A stretch of DNA of 52,614 nucleotides, the filler included, from Sphacelaria rigidula (Eukaryota), in NCBI GenBank assembly GCA_964200075.2. It is 4 parts of 4 records of this genome, joined end to end, with 100 filler letters (N's around TTAATTAATTAA, not from the genome) between each part and the next. Parts side by side here need not be neighbours in the genome. Positions count along the whole stretch, not along the records: positions 1 to 13,080 come from CAXNAA020003168.1; positions 13,181 to 26,260 come from CAXNAA020003169.1; 2 more parts are not named here. The stretch is one strand, 5' to 3'. Each line of letters starts with the position of its first letter. Positions within the stretch are counted from its first letter, which is position 1. Both the position numbers and the translations under genes were made by a program. This document shows, piece after piece, positions 12,530 to 24,968 of this stretch. The notes beneath the pieces are model-generated. The model was not told the origin of the DNA. It did no database searches and worked only from the letters and a program-made list of their open reading frames with translations.

Positions 12530-13080
12530 GCTTACACAGACCTCTTGCCTCCCCCTCCACGACATTTTTCCTTTTTCTTTTCTTCTCTTACCCTGTCATT
12601 GTCGTTTAGATATTTTTCTTTTTTTCCCTTCTCCCACCACTCAGGACACACCAGTGCCACCCACCAACTCCTTCAGCAGCCAGCAACCGGAGCCCCCTCA
12701 GCGCACAACATCGGACCACGAAGAGAACTTGCGTGAAGCACCTTCATTCTCGGCTACCGAAGCTTTTCGTATTCTCGCTTTTGACTTGTATGGCTGACAC
12801 TGGACCCTGACTGGCACTGGACCTCTTGCAGTCTTGGAATTGCTTATTCCCTTGCTTTCCTCAACCACCATGCTCTCGCCGCATGTGATTGACCTTTCGT
12901 CGGTTGACTTTGGTACCGCCCACGTAGGACACTTTCTACGATAGCCCCCCCCCAAAACCACCTTAAAGTGTCACGAAAAAAATGGCCATGAAGCGCCTGA
13001 TGTTCGGGTTCAGGGTGCATGGAGCGCCTCATATTGGCGGCATTGGCTAGCACGAACCCAAGCGTGGGAATTCCCACCTT

Positions 13081-13180
13081 NNNNNNNNNNNNNNNNNNNN
13101 NNNNNNNNNNNNNNNNNNNNNNNNTTAATTAATTAANNNNNNNNNNNNNNNNNNNNNNNNNNNNNNNNNNNNNNNNNNNN
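13081..13180. other. Artificial contig-joining spacer
   Basis: 44 N + TTAATTAATTAA (stops in all six frames) + 44 N. Confidence 0.97.
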
Positions 13181-13530
13181 CGCCGGACCAGGCTCGCGAT
13201 CAATCACTAAGCGCGAAGCGCCGTGATTTTCTCGGCGAGTCGCATGAAGGGTGAGCTGAATCCTGTCAAGATCGTTCCATCCGGAGAGTACTGATTATCT
13301 TGCATATGGATGATACCCTCCAATGAGTTGCTTCATTTTCTGGTATCGCCACTTCCAGAGACAGCCATGGCTTACACACTGCCTCATGAGTGTCTCACCA
13401 TTTAAACTTCACGGTAGTAGGATCATCTCCTTTGCGCGAAACTGAGGTTCTCCCACCCCGTACAATATGATCTAGCTCGACCACCATCATGCTTACCACA
13501 AAAAATACGCGAGCGCGTAAAAAAAATAGG
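13181..13530 (+). repeat. Interspersed repeat family A copy at contig start
   Basis: Aligns along its length with 15769-16110, including an identical cccgtacaatatgatctagctcgaccaccatcatg block and an A-rich end. Confidence 0.85.
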
Positions 13531-14966
13531 TGGCGGAAGTGTGACGAGAAATGAATTGGATTTTTTTACGGTAGTAGTGTGCAGCAGTAGGACGGTTCTT
13601 GTACTCCTGTGCCGAGACCCATGGGTACCCGTGGCTCATTCGTGGGTATCCATGGTCACTCATTGGTACCCACCAAGGTCTGCGGGCGCCTAATGAGTCG
13701 CACCGCGGGAAAACATGGGTGATCGTTGGTTTGGTCATGGTCCAGCCCGTAGGTTTCCATGGTTGCTCAAGAGGCAGTAGCGGTGCTCATGGACATATAG
13801 ATGATGCCAAACAGCGATTCGACGAGGGGTAAAACCGTTTTGTGTACACACCACGAGGATCAGCAGTAACCCACTGGAGATGGCTGACACATTTACCCTA
13901 TGGGTGATCGCCACTGCCCATGATTTTCCCGCGCTACCCGTGAGCCATCACACGCCGGTGGTGAGTCCAGAAACCCGTAGGCCTATCGGCGATAACCATG
14001 TGCATTCATCCTCAATACCACACATCGTTCCTACATCGTGCGTCACGCTCCCTATACAAGACCTCCTGGGTGACGGGTTATCGGCTACAAGCTACTTTCA
14101 CTCAAAAAAACATGGAAGGTATTCACTAGAACGTTTGTCGAGACCCACGATCACGCATGAAATTGAGCACATCTGCTTAACACTTCATTGCACAAGATGA
14201 ACTCAACACCGTGGCCGCGACTGCGTAGCGAGTTACGGCTCTGTTGGAGAACAACGAAGAAGTAAAGCAGACCAAAAATAAGCCGTTTCGTGGCAGTTTG
14301 TACACAAAATGGTCATGTGAGAGAAATTCACATTTTCCTTTCAGCCACTCCCTCCATCGGCTTCGCGAAGTATTTCACACGTGTATATATATGCATTCCA
14401 CACGCAGTGATCATAACTGTTGCTAATTGTGTATTCTTTTTTTTCGATATTTGCTCTTTAAATATTGGGATACTTGGCGGTCTCGTAACATTTTCTACGT
14501 TATGAACGGCTGAGTATTTCGCTTCTGACAGATGTTAGCGACACTTCCATCACTTTCGTCGTCGTTTGCCGTCCTGATAAGACATATGTGCATAACAATT
14601 TAAGTCGTAGCTGTCAAGTTCACGGAGAAACAGCTGGTGGAAATATGGCTCAGGTTCACTAGCATGTGTTTTCGAAACAATCCACCGATGGAAAAATATG
14701 TGGTTTTCTTATCCGGTTCTTGCATGATTCCACCAATCGCAATGGGGAATTTCTCACACGTGCGTGCTCATAGTGCCGAGGATGTGACTGAGGTTTTTGA
14801 CTCTCAATTCAAACACAGTACTCCGAAAGTGGACAGCTTCGAGGAATGATCATCCAAATGTCTAGATTGAAAAGACAAATATTGAACATGCACAAGCATC
14901 AGCAACGATTTGTTTTTCGAGTACGCACGTGATCGTAGATATCTATATAGTAAGTGCTACCGCCAA

Positions 14967-15115
14967 GCACCGGTAGTGTAATGGTCATGATCCAACTGAC
15001 ACCATAAAATGGAGAAAACGCGGGTTCAATTCCCGCCACATGCCCTTGGGGTTCTCCCTGGAAGTATTTGACTTCCGCCGGTGACAGCCTGAGGACGTGA
15101 GTAAGCAAACATAGT
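14967..15115 (+). mobile_element. tRNA-derived SINE-like element, family B
   Basis: A box TAGTGTAATGG, perfect T-arm GCGGG-TTCAATT-CCCGC (B box) and a broken acceptor stem. The body (aagtatttgacttcc...gtgagtaag) is shared with 28125-28270. Confidence 0.6.
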
Positions 15116-15689
15116 CTGGTTGAGTTTGTGTGATGACAGTTGACGTGGTGCACAAGTGCTGGTCATGATCCAATCCGTGAGACCAAAATACCATGGGTTG
15201 ATCCCTTGAGACCACGGACTCGTCCCCAGGGACGGGAGGGGGTTAGAAGTGAGGCAAAACGAAAAAGTCGAAAAATCAGAGGGAAGCAGACAAGTTATTA
15301 TATTTTGTCTTGGGAGAGAAAGCGTATACAATACTTCCCTGTTCCTACGTTGCCCCATGATCTCCGGGAGTTATGAATCGAAGTTCTGCCAAAGAGTGTC
15401 CATGTGTTCTGCAACAGGTAAAAAGCGTCGATCTTCCATCCCTTTTGCACCCGTGGCGGGAAACCAACTGCTGAAACGCTCGCCGGACGGTAGATATCAG
15501 CCCGGATGGACCCGCGTGATAGGAGATGACCAACTAGTCATGCGCATGGAACGGGTATGTCAAACTATGTCAAGGCCCGTCGCCCGTGTCCTCGGCCACT
15601 ATCAACTCTTGACCCCATTCTTTGTCAAGGAACATTTTCGCCGATTCGCTGTCCAGAAGTTTCCATGGGGCGGGAGGGGGGGGGATGCA

Positions 15690-16110
15690 CTCACGATCTT
15701 CCATGCCATAGTCATAAGACCCTTGACCTCGCATCGCTACAAAGCCGGGATGGAGCACGCCGGCTTTTCGCCGGACCAGGCTCGCACTCAATCACCAAGC
15801 GCGAAGCGCCGTAGTGTGTTCGGCGAGTCGCATGAAGGGTGAGTTGCATTCGGCTAAGATTGTTCCGCCCTGGAGCGTATTGATTATTTTGCATATGGAT
15901 GCCAGCCTCCAATGAATTGCTTCATCTTCTGGTATCGCCAATTCTAGCGACAGCCACGGCTTATACACTTCTCACGGATGTCTTACCATTGAAACACTAC
16001 GCAGTATGATCATCTCCTTTGCGCGGGACTGAGGTATCCCGTACAATATGATCTAGCTCGACCACCATCATGGTTACCGCAAAACAACGCAAGCGTGCGA
16101 AAAAAATCGG
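15690..16110 (+). repeat. Interspersed repeat family A, longest copy (extra fragment at ~16188-16236)
   Basis: Matches 13181-13530, the reverse complement of 1-135, and fragments at ~26069-26110 and 26229-26253. Confidence 0.85.
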
Positions 16111-17559
16111 CACCTGGTTGTCTAGCTTACGGGGAGAGTGGCGTGTCTGACAGCGTCATTTCCAACCGACGCCAACCCCATCGGGCGTCTCTACAAAGCC
16201 GCGACGGAGCACCCCGGGTTCTCGCCGGACCAGGCTGGGGGGAATGAGTTCCCAGACCGTCATAGAAAGCTTTCCAGTTCACCAGTGGTTGTTTACAGGT
16301 AATTTCCAAGTTAAGCAACAAACCTGGACAGATAAGAGTCGCCATTTTGTTAGTTTTGACTGGTCGCATAATCCACTAGGTTTATATGTTCCCTTACAAC
16401 TCATATTATGTTCCCCTACAACTCACCTGACGTCGACTGCTTGAGATCGCTTCTGCAATCGTCACTCAACTATTCGAGCAGCACACGAAAGCATGAGGCA
16501 TACAATAATTTGCTCTTCGCGCAGTCTCTGCGACCAGGCTATCCTTCATTGTGTTGCCAAGATGACTGTGTTGGAAGGGCTTGTGTTGTGTGGCACTGTC
16601 TTCTGGGATGTATATATATATATATATGTGTACATAGATCGACTACTGTCGCACTGGACAGTAATGTGTGGCAGAGGTGCATGGGTGGTTTGTTAGAGCA
16701 TTTGCTTCTGTAGCAGCAGAAGAAGCAAGAAGACGGTTTTCACAGGCGCTTATTCAGTCAACACATGATGAAAAGTACCTTATATTTCAAAGCAAAAAGC
16801 TGGAGCAAACGAAGGAGATTGACAGCGTAGGGGGCTGAGATGACCGAGTCCAAGCTTCCTCAATCCTGGAACAAAAAGCCAAGTCCGTACACGTACGTAA
16901 GACCCAATTGTATCATCCGGTTCGACTGCTGACGTGTTAGTCTCGCCAACTCTCACACTAGATCTACTGCAGCTACGTGACCTAGGTACCTTGATACAGT
17001 TCACTATCGTGTAACGAGCCATGGCAGCACATTTCTCACTGTAGTATCCTATGAACTATGTGGCTAAACGTGGAAGGATCTCAACAAAGATACACATGAA
17101 AGGGCACTACTTCATGGTTCGGGGTTTCGTTGAACCGCCACAAGTTGTACCGCTATTTGCTGTAGATCCGAGGTCTCAAACCACGGAGAATACAACCAGA
17201 CTGCAGACTGGGGCGTAAACGTCCCAAAAGACTGTTGTTGTTGTACAACACAACTCGTACGCAAACGATAGCAACAGCGTGTGGGAGACTGAGTAGTAGC
17301 GGTAACCAATGACGCTCCGATCCTCTCGTACGTACGGTGAAGCAATAGTGTAGTGGCGTAGTAATATAAGGCAGTTGAGATTATATGGCATGCAGTGCAA
17401 CATCACAATATGTTCGGGATGTGCCAGCGCTGCCTCGAAAGCACCAAGAGTGCGAACGCAGAGGCACTTGCTATTCATGAAAGCATGCACCTCACTAAAA
17501 TTTGGCCTCGAAACCGGTCAGGAGTTTGCCTGCACCAATTCCCATCCTACAGACGTTCA

Positions 17560-20250
17560 ACATTCACCCGCCATGTAAACATCAGTGAACAGTCGTGCTG
17601 CGTCATGTGAAAAAAAACAGTCCAAACCTTCATCGACCATAGGCGATCGGGGGAGACTCGAGGGATGGAGGGGGGGGGGGGCGTGGTCGAAGTACCAAGT
17701 GGATCGAGACTTGTTTCCGTCACAGCTTATTCGTAACCCTGGCCCAAACGGCGTCGCCCTGGTCATAAAGGCGAGCGGCGAACGCTGGCGGGCATTTGAG
17801 ATTTGGCATCCACGACGACGGGTTATCGTAAACTCAAACCCTCGTAGCCCAACATCGAAACATAGCGGATGGTTTACAACGTACACGGGTGACAGCACCG
17901 TTCTGTATTTATCGGCACGGTACGAAAAACCGTCGCCACAAGTCCACGGTTGAAGTGTGTTTATAAATGTGGCCTTGATACTCGCATCGTAAGGGCGCTG
18001 ATAGTCCCAAGAGCTTGCCAGCGTGTGCGGCACGCGTTGTTGCTCAGATCGTAGACCACTTACCGTTTGCAGGGTACGCTGTATACCGTGCCCGTAGCAA
18101 GGCAACAAAACGGTCGCGGCTTTGTTGGCCTTTTACATCCTATTGTATGCATCCATCCGCTCACCTCTCTGGTCATGTCGGGGGAGTCTAGCACCGGAGT
18201 TGCATTCATTGCGGGGGGAGAGCGGTCGTAGAAGCACCCCACTCGCGGATTGACTCCGTCGATTTGCACCACCTCGAACACCCTCATCTTGAGAACCCTG
18301 CCCCGGCGCACAGGAAATCACTCTTGGCAAAATTCGAGGGCAGTTCTTGCAGGTTCATTCTGACGTTCACTCATGCCAGGAGCAACTACTATATGCCAAT
18401 AAAGATTCCCGACTTTTCATCTCTGCTTGTGGACTCACAAGGGTTGTGGCATATCAGAACGTCAAGCTTGAGACTATTGCCGGTGCCACATACAACTGCA
18501 ACCGTACGCGGAAAATAAATGTTCGTGGAATGCACACCACAGTTTAATTCTCGGACGCCCGGATGCAGCATTCAGTATAAACAGTACAAGTCACTACTTC
18601 GTGGAAATGACTCTTGTTGGATACGATGTGAAGCACGACAAGGCTAACGGGGTACGAGCGCCTGTGATGTCTGCCGGACGAAATGAGCAGGGGTCAAAAC
18701 ACGTGTCGAGTGTTGATGAGCGCACACTTACCCCCCACACAATTCGCCCCCTGTTGCGCACTCCTCGTTACACTCCGAGATGTCGAGCTTGAGGCTTTCA
18801 AATCCCTCCTTCTCGTCGGTGGCGAAGCCGCACCAGCACTACGAAGATATGCACAGAAAAATCAGAGAATTTGTCGGTGACGCACAAGAAACAAGCTGGA
18901 GCAGGCATAACACCGACGTTCAGGCTTCTGCATATATGCCATATCACCCGAAGCATGAAATGTAATTACCCCGCGTTAGTACGCAGTTTGACATCCAAAA
19001 CAGAAAGGAGTGCAGGTAATCCCTGCATGGTTCCATTCACACCCGTTGTGGATATGCCATCGTCCACGGTACGGCAGTCACTTTTTAAACAGATGACGCA
19101 CTCACTCAATCGGGAACTTTTTCGCAGACTACGTTTTGTTTTTTTCGCCCGAAACTGCACGGATTAGTAGATGTTAGAATGAGGAGACAACATGTTCACG
19201 GACGATACTCTCCAGCTTCGTACTGCTGGGGCAATACGATATTAAAGCTAAAAGTTCGTTCTCGTACTTGAGGTTATCGCCCGTATTTTTCTCCAAAACC
19301 AAAAACGCGGTTTTCCGGCTGTAGCGCTGTTACCGGGTAGTCATGGCAGAAACGGAGCCTGAATGATCGTTCACCGTACCAGAACGGCCGGCATTGCTTC
19401 GGTCGATCGAATACGTGAGCGAGGCAGAATATGCCGCTGCGTACTCGTAGAACCCCCCGCGACCGTTTCACCCGTGAATCGTTCCAGGTTTATCGTTCAA
19501 AGTGCCATTTCTCTCGGGATGTGTTTCGGGTACTGCAGTACATATGTTTCAACTCTTCGAACTGTGGCATGAACCATTCACCATAAAAGGTTACAGTGAC
19601 CGAATGAACTAAAGTTAACGCCTTCAACCGAAACTTCTTTTGAATGACCACTACCCCGGCGAAAATACGGAACAAACTCCTTGAGCGAGATAGCAGTGAG
19701 GCTCATCAGTTGCGACAGACACAGGGTGCTCAAAAAATCGTGCAAATTCGGCAGTACTGGGTGTGTGGGCTCAAGTTCTCCAGCAGACCATTCGCTGCAC
19801 GGTCATAGGCGTTTGCGTCACGAACGTGTAACCACAATGTAATTTGATGGGTTGACATTGCGTGCCATGCATCGTCGCGGTCTACCATCATTACACATAC
19901 TGTGCCTAATGGCAGGTTAAATGTGCATCGAAGTCTTGGGAGAGTCGGTAGTTTGTTTCCCCTTCTGGAAACGGATCGTGTACTACGCCACTTCAAACAA
20001 TTGGTTCTCACATCGCGTACGTGGAGTGATTTCTTCCAAAGGTCAAGCGGACGCAACACTGGAAGCGAGCCCCTCCAACAAAGAATTGATCGCTGCACCA
20101 TGACCGATCCGTCGCAATAACACCCTGTGGTCGTGGTTCGGTGCTACCAACGGCTGCCGGTAATGGAAGGATCGATTACATGCGGTCGTCGACAGCACTA
20201 GACCATCACAAGGCCCCAGCAGCAGCGACGAATAGCCTGAACAACGATAC
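17560..20250 (-). mobile_element. Highly decayed Mutator/MULE-like transposase plus SWIM and Ulp1 (C48)-like protease remnants
   Basis: Motifs in the expected order on the minus strand: LVLSTT..YRQPL (~20150), VMMVDRDDA..HQITLWLHV (~19880), FYGEWF..TRNTSREKWH (~19520), GCEW..GLP/C (~19020, SWIM-like), TVLSPVYVVNHPLCFDV (~17880) and PMVDEGLDCFF (~17630). No TIRs identified. Confidence 0.45.
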
Positions 20251-23200
20251 ACAGACCAGCAGCCTCAACATTCCAGACGCCCACGTACTTGAGCGGAGCC
20301 ATAACCAACGAAGTGAAGGGTACCAGCAACAACCTGTGAACGGATATCTTGGGCACAAAGTATGAGTATACCTTGTACGGTTTTATCCACAATGCCCCCC
20401 CACTCACAAATGACTCTAAGGCAAGCAACAAATGAGTACTCACGATTGCCCAAGCTCACCTGAAAGTAATCCTCGAGGCCAAAGTGCGTGTAGTCAGGGT
20501 TTTCCCCTTTGCAGATGTCGAAACATTTCTTGACGCCACACGAGGGGGGAGTACGGGGAAGAGGAAGCGATGCACGGCGCAACAGCGGAAGGTACAGGGA
20601 GGGTGCGATATCAGCACGATGCGGTCCCTCAGTCGAGACTCAGCTGTGCCCTTTCTGCACTAGAGAACTTTTCAACAGCAGATCGATGACTGACCGCCAT
20701 CGCAAGCTTTCACGTTTCATGGTGTGATCCGATCCGATTAGTGTATACCTCGCATATTTAAAAGGTGGAAACGCGAAAAATCGCGCGCCGGTAACAAGCT
20801 GATGGTAAATACGCGAAGTAGCGGACGACAACCCTTAATGCAAACAGCGTAACGAGATGGCGCGCGAACGACGTTCGACCCGCGATGCTGATGCGAGCGG
20901 GACACACTTTGTAGTCAGGGAATCGTGCATGCCCACACAGAGAAGAGCAGGAGGATCAGTTCAGAAATACTTTCACGCGGAGGAGGACGTACTCTCTCAA
21001 CAGCAAAGTCGTTTCAGAACTCTCTGAATGCTGAGGAGCGCGTCCCCTCTGTGATTTGACACACTACATACACTTGGCGTTCACGTGGCGTTTGATCATG
21101 TGTATCGACGAAGTGGCCGACGTGACGCCCGGACTTGCACCTCGTACTTGACTCGCGTGGTAGGTGAATAGGGGGTCCAACCGGGTGTGTTACGACCGAT
21201 GAACATCGGCCGCGTCGCTGGACCGCGAAATCCTGATGCGTTAGATACTGGTGCTTGAATGCAGAAGCTGCAGCCGATCCACTACGACACACTGCATACG
21301 ACACACCGCTGACGTCTACTGCTCTACATTCAGCGACCACGCAAGTCCGCAATAAAGCATCATTTCCTACTCGCACTTGTACAAGAAGGATCTCGAAGAG
21401 GCGGGCTGCGAGGGCATCGAAACGACCTCTCGGATACGGATAAATCTCTTCACGGGGCACATTACTATACGCCTGGACGGTGAACGTTGAGCTGAGGGGA
21501 TTCTGGAGGGAGTCTTGGATGGGAAGGAGGGGTGCGTAAAGTGGGTGACGGAAACGAACCGGTGGGCATGTGTAGCCCACGGATGATTTGGAGTCGGGCC
21601 CGCCGTCATGTGGAAAAATAAACGCCGACTAAAACATCTAACGGCATGACCAGATCAACATGACCGCATGGGAACCCTCGGAGAAAGCCGCCGGTGAGAT
21701 AAGATACCAAAAGGAGAGGGAGGAAAGACGAACAAAGAGCCTCCGTAACAGAGTGGACGTGCCCCATGCACCACCTGCTGCACGCTAATGTGTCGCCTGC
21801 TTCCCTCCTTTCTTCCCCCTACTTTACCCGCTCCTATTCATTTCTTCACTCGTTTTATCCTTGCTCAGATTGATTTTTTCTGACTGTCCTTCCTCCTTTT
21901 GTTTTTCACCTCTGAATATATCTATCATTCATGTGTGCCAGTATATGACTTTCTCACCGTGTTTGATTTTGCCTCGCCGGTAACCCGTCGCTCGGGTTTT
22001 GTAGGCGAGATTCATGTTGACTGCATTTTTTTTACCATGGGAGAGACCTCTACAGCTCGCCACTCTCGTGGTGTACCCGCACAATAGGACTGAGGTTTAC
22101 ATCCGCTGCTAACCCGAAACTTCCATTTTTCGACCGCGGATCTGAATACAAGGGCTGGTGTGATGGAGAAAAAAGTTGCTAGTGTGTCCCAGATGCAAGC
22201 AAGAGCACAGTACGCTTTTTCTGTACTGGGGCTCGATTCCGAAACCATCCCACCGCGTCCTCCCTCGGCGAGGTCAGCTGTTGTGCACCAGCTTCGCCAC
22301 GGCATGAAGTCGTTTATGCTCAGGCGTGTCAACGGGCGGTCGTTCTGCACGAAAGATGCTTCGTGAGGCCGTTGTATGCCGCGCTCGAAAGCAGAAAATA
22401 TACCTTTTTTTTCGCTTCAAGACATTGAGAGAACAGTCTTTATCGTTGGATACATCAAGTGTATTATCGATAACTTTCGGCACGACAAAATACAGAGCAT
22501 ATTTCCCGCTAGCTGGGTACGATGCCAAGCTGTATGAATTTTGCACGGCAGCATCTTCAACATTCGTGCAACGCAGTTCAGCCGGCATGAGGAAATATGG
22601 GAAGATGAAAGTAGAACAGACCAGCGGTAATTAATGACCCGTCGCAATACCCCGAGTGATGTTCACCTCACTTTCTCTCCTCTTGCATCACCCTACATAA
22701 CTCTCGTTCAGGTCCCCGTTACAGTGGTCCGAGATATCCATATTTTTGTGAGGTGGAGCGCCAAGCAAGCCTCTAGATTTTTTTCTGATTCGAACAACAT
22801 GGGTGGGGCACAAAACCACGACGTTCCGAATCTAGCGATCCAACTTCACAAGCCATGCCTTTCAACAGAAATATATACCTCTTACCTGTCGGTACATGCC
22901 GCTGAAGCTGAATTCGTCGGGCATGAGGCGGTCCCGTTCGTTGTCCTGGTAGCATCCCAATTCCTTCCATCCAGTATCTATAATTCGCGGGAAGAGCCAC
23001 ACGACACGACACGAATGTGGGCCATGACGTTAGGACAGTGCCATGTGCTAATACGTGTAGACTAGCAGGCGTAGAGAGGAGTGCTCTCGTGCGTGAACCT
23101 GTCTCTTGTCACCCACGCACGTTTATATGACTGCAGCACAGTCTTCCTAACTAGGAAACAGATGGCTCTGCGCCTGAGCTTCCTTGCGACCGACGAGAAA

Positions 23201-23435
23201 TTTCCAGCATCCGATGCTGGATTGCATTTTGTTTTTGCTGTGTCGGCTACATGAAAAGGCAACACGGCCAGTTTCTTGTGTCGGCAGGCTACTGGACGCC
23301 CTCAGGTCGGGCAAGCCAACGCAAGAGCTTCAGACCAGTCGATATTATACATATATATGGACTTCAGCCGCTAACTTAGGCGATGCTGCTGATCAGGTTT
23401 ACTCCCCATGGGACAAAAGTAGCGCGCGCACTCAC

Positions 23436-24968
23436 AGGACACCGATTCGGGGCTGCGTGTTGATGTAACGGTGGGCGCCTCTTGCGAAGGCGATGGAGTC
23501 GGCGCCGGTACCGTTTGGATCGGTGATGGGCTGGTGGGCTCGAGCTCGGAGTCGACCATGAATTGAACCTGGGTAAAGTCGTCCAAGCAGAATAGCTTTC
23601 AGTAAGAAGGAGGCATGTATTGGGAATGTTCGAATATACGCCCGCGGTGCATCGTCGCAGAGGCTGGAGCTGGTGGCCGTCAGATTACGAGACAGACACG
23701 CTGTATGAGGGGCGTAGACGGACATGACGTTGAAATGTGTCAATCAAGGGCAAGAAAAGCTTGGGAATAGGCGCTGTGCTGAGTACAGATCCTGCACCAC
23801 GGTGCACGGGCAGGAAACTGTACAACAACAGTGCCCCGGTAGTCCCGAGACATCATCTGTCTCGGAGATTCTACTCGAACACCCCAAATGTATTGCTCTA
23901 GTTCATCCTTGACCTTGCGCTGCGAACCATATTTCTTACGAAGCGCCAACAGCATGACCTGTTACGCCTTATTCTTCATGGAATACAGGTGCGAGGCGGC
24001 GAAGGTCTACCGACCTTTCGGACTACTGCGGCGTTTACGAGTAACCACACATGACCAGTGCAATGGAGTGTCACTCAGTTTACGTATAATCCCCCGCGGA
24101 ATACTTGCTGCGGCGTTTGAAGGGATATCGTTTCCCAAACACGATTAGGCGTACATACGTGGATGGCCATCATTGATGTCGGCCCACATGATGACCGTTG
24201 GATGATTTTTTGATCAAGGACAACAACAACAAGACGATTACCTGTGCATATTTTTAGGTTATAAGTCTAGCTTTATCTCCCGCTATCCTCAAACTTGCCA
24301 CGATACGTAATTGTTATTCACACCTAGGTGCCACGTACGCCTCTGTCGTTTTCACTATTTCATCTGACCAATCCAAACCCTGCACATTTGCAGAATATTA
24401 GAAGCTCTAGAGGATCCTCGTAGAGTCTGGAGACTACCTGAGGATCTTAGAGGCATCATATCGACTGTCAGTGACTATATGTTTATCTGGAGTACTCTTA
24501 TTGGCCGGGTGTGCTGTACTCCCTCTCTCTCATCACCCACCTCCGTGATGCTGATCCAGTCTTGCCGGGGGCCATCATACTCCAGCACGATGGACGTGAC
24601 TTGCATGGCGATCAAGGTGTAGTCCTCGTACCCCTCCGTCTCCCCGCTGGACTCCAGTGTGGTCACTAAGTGTCCATCCACCCAGACGTTGACAGAACGA
24701 ATGCGCCGGTCTCCCTTCCACAAGGCCATCCGCATCTCCTGCACGTCCTGCGGTGCGTCGAACACGAACGTGAGCTTGCAGGTGTCGCCTTCGTCGTCTG
24801 AGTCTGAGGCGAACAATTTTCCCCTGCAGGACCAGCGCGAATCCGCCTCGATCGAGTCGTCGAGGACATTTCCCGCTATACATCCGCTCGGCTTGCAGCC
24901 GTAGCCCTCGGTCCTCGTGTCCCAAGCATTGGCGGAAACAGCGATGTTGCTTGCCGGTGTCAGGTAGG
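23436..24968 (-). CDS. Internal exons of a gene encoding an F5/8 type C (discoidin/CBM32-like) domain followed by a Pro/Ser/Thr linker
   Basis: Exon 24968-24541 (catag|..GAG|gtgggt): DSRWSC..F.FDAPQDV..MALWKGDRR..WISITE. It splices in phase 0 to exon 23568-23436 (cccag|VQFMV..PTSPSPIQTVPAPTPSPS..|gtgagt), completing the ITEV motif. Confidence 0.75.

Larger units (their letters stand above)
2987..13080 (+). mobile_element. Ty3/Gypsy LTR retrotransposon (element 2), near full length, decayed; 3' LTR not reached before the contig ends
   Basis: 5' LTR and PBS followed by gag (CCHC), PR, RT, RNase H and IN in Gypsy order, with many stops and frameshifts. Confidence 0.95.

Noticed and set aside
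3669-12961. Many antisense and alternate-frame ORFs over element 2
   Set aside because: Shadow ORFs of GC-rich gag/pol sequence, with no independent motifs.
13125-13136. TTAATTAATTAA palindrome repeated three times at ~13.18-kb spacing
   Set aside because: It is always centred in 88 Ns, so it is a synthetic linker rather than a biological periodic signal.
13600-14000. CCATGG/CCCATGGG-rich stretch resembling a repeat array or CRISPR
   Set aside because: No fixed repeat unit or regular spacers, eukaryotic context and no cas genes; probably a decayed repeat.
22250-22945. Candidate small minus-strand exons (DNERDRLMPDEFSFSGMYRQ; NDRPLTRLSINDFMPWRSWC)
   Set aside because: Splice sites are plausible, but I could not link them in phase to the CBM32-like exons or recognise the product.
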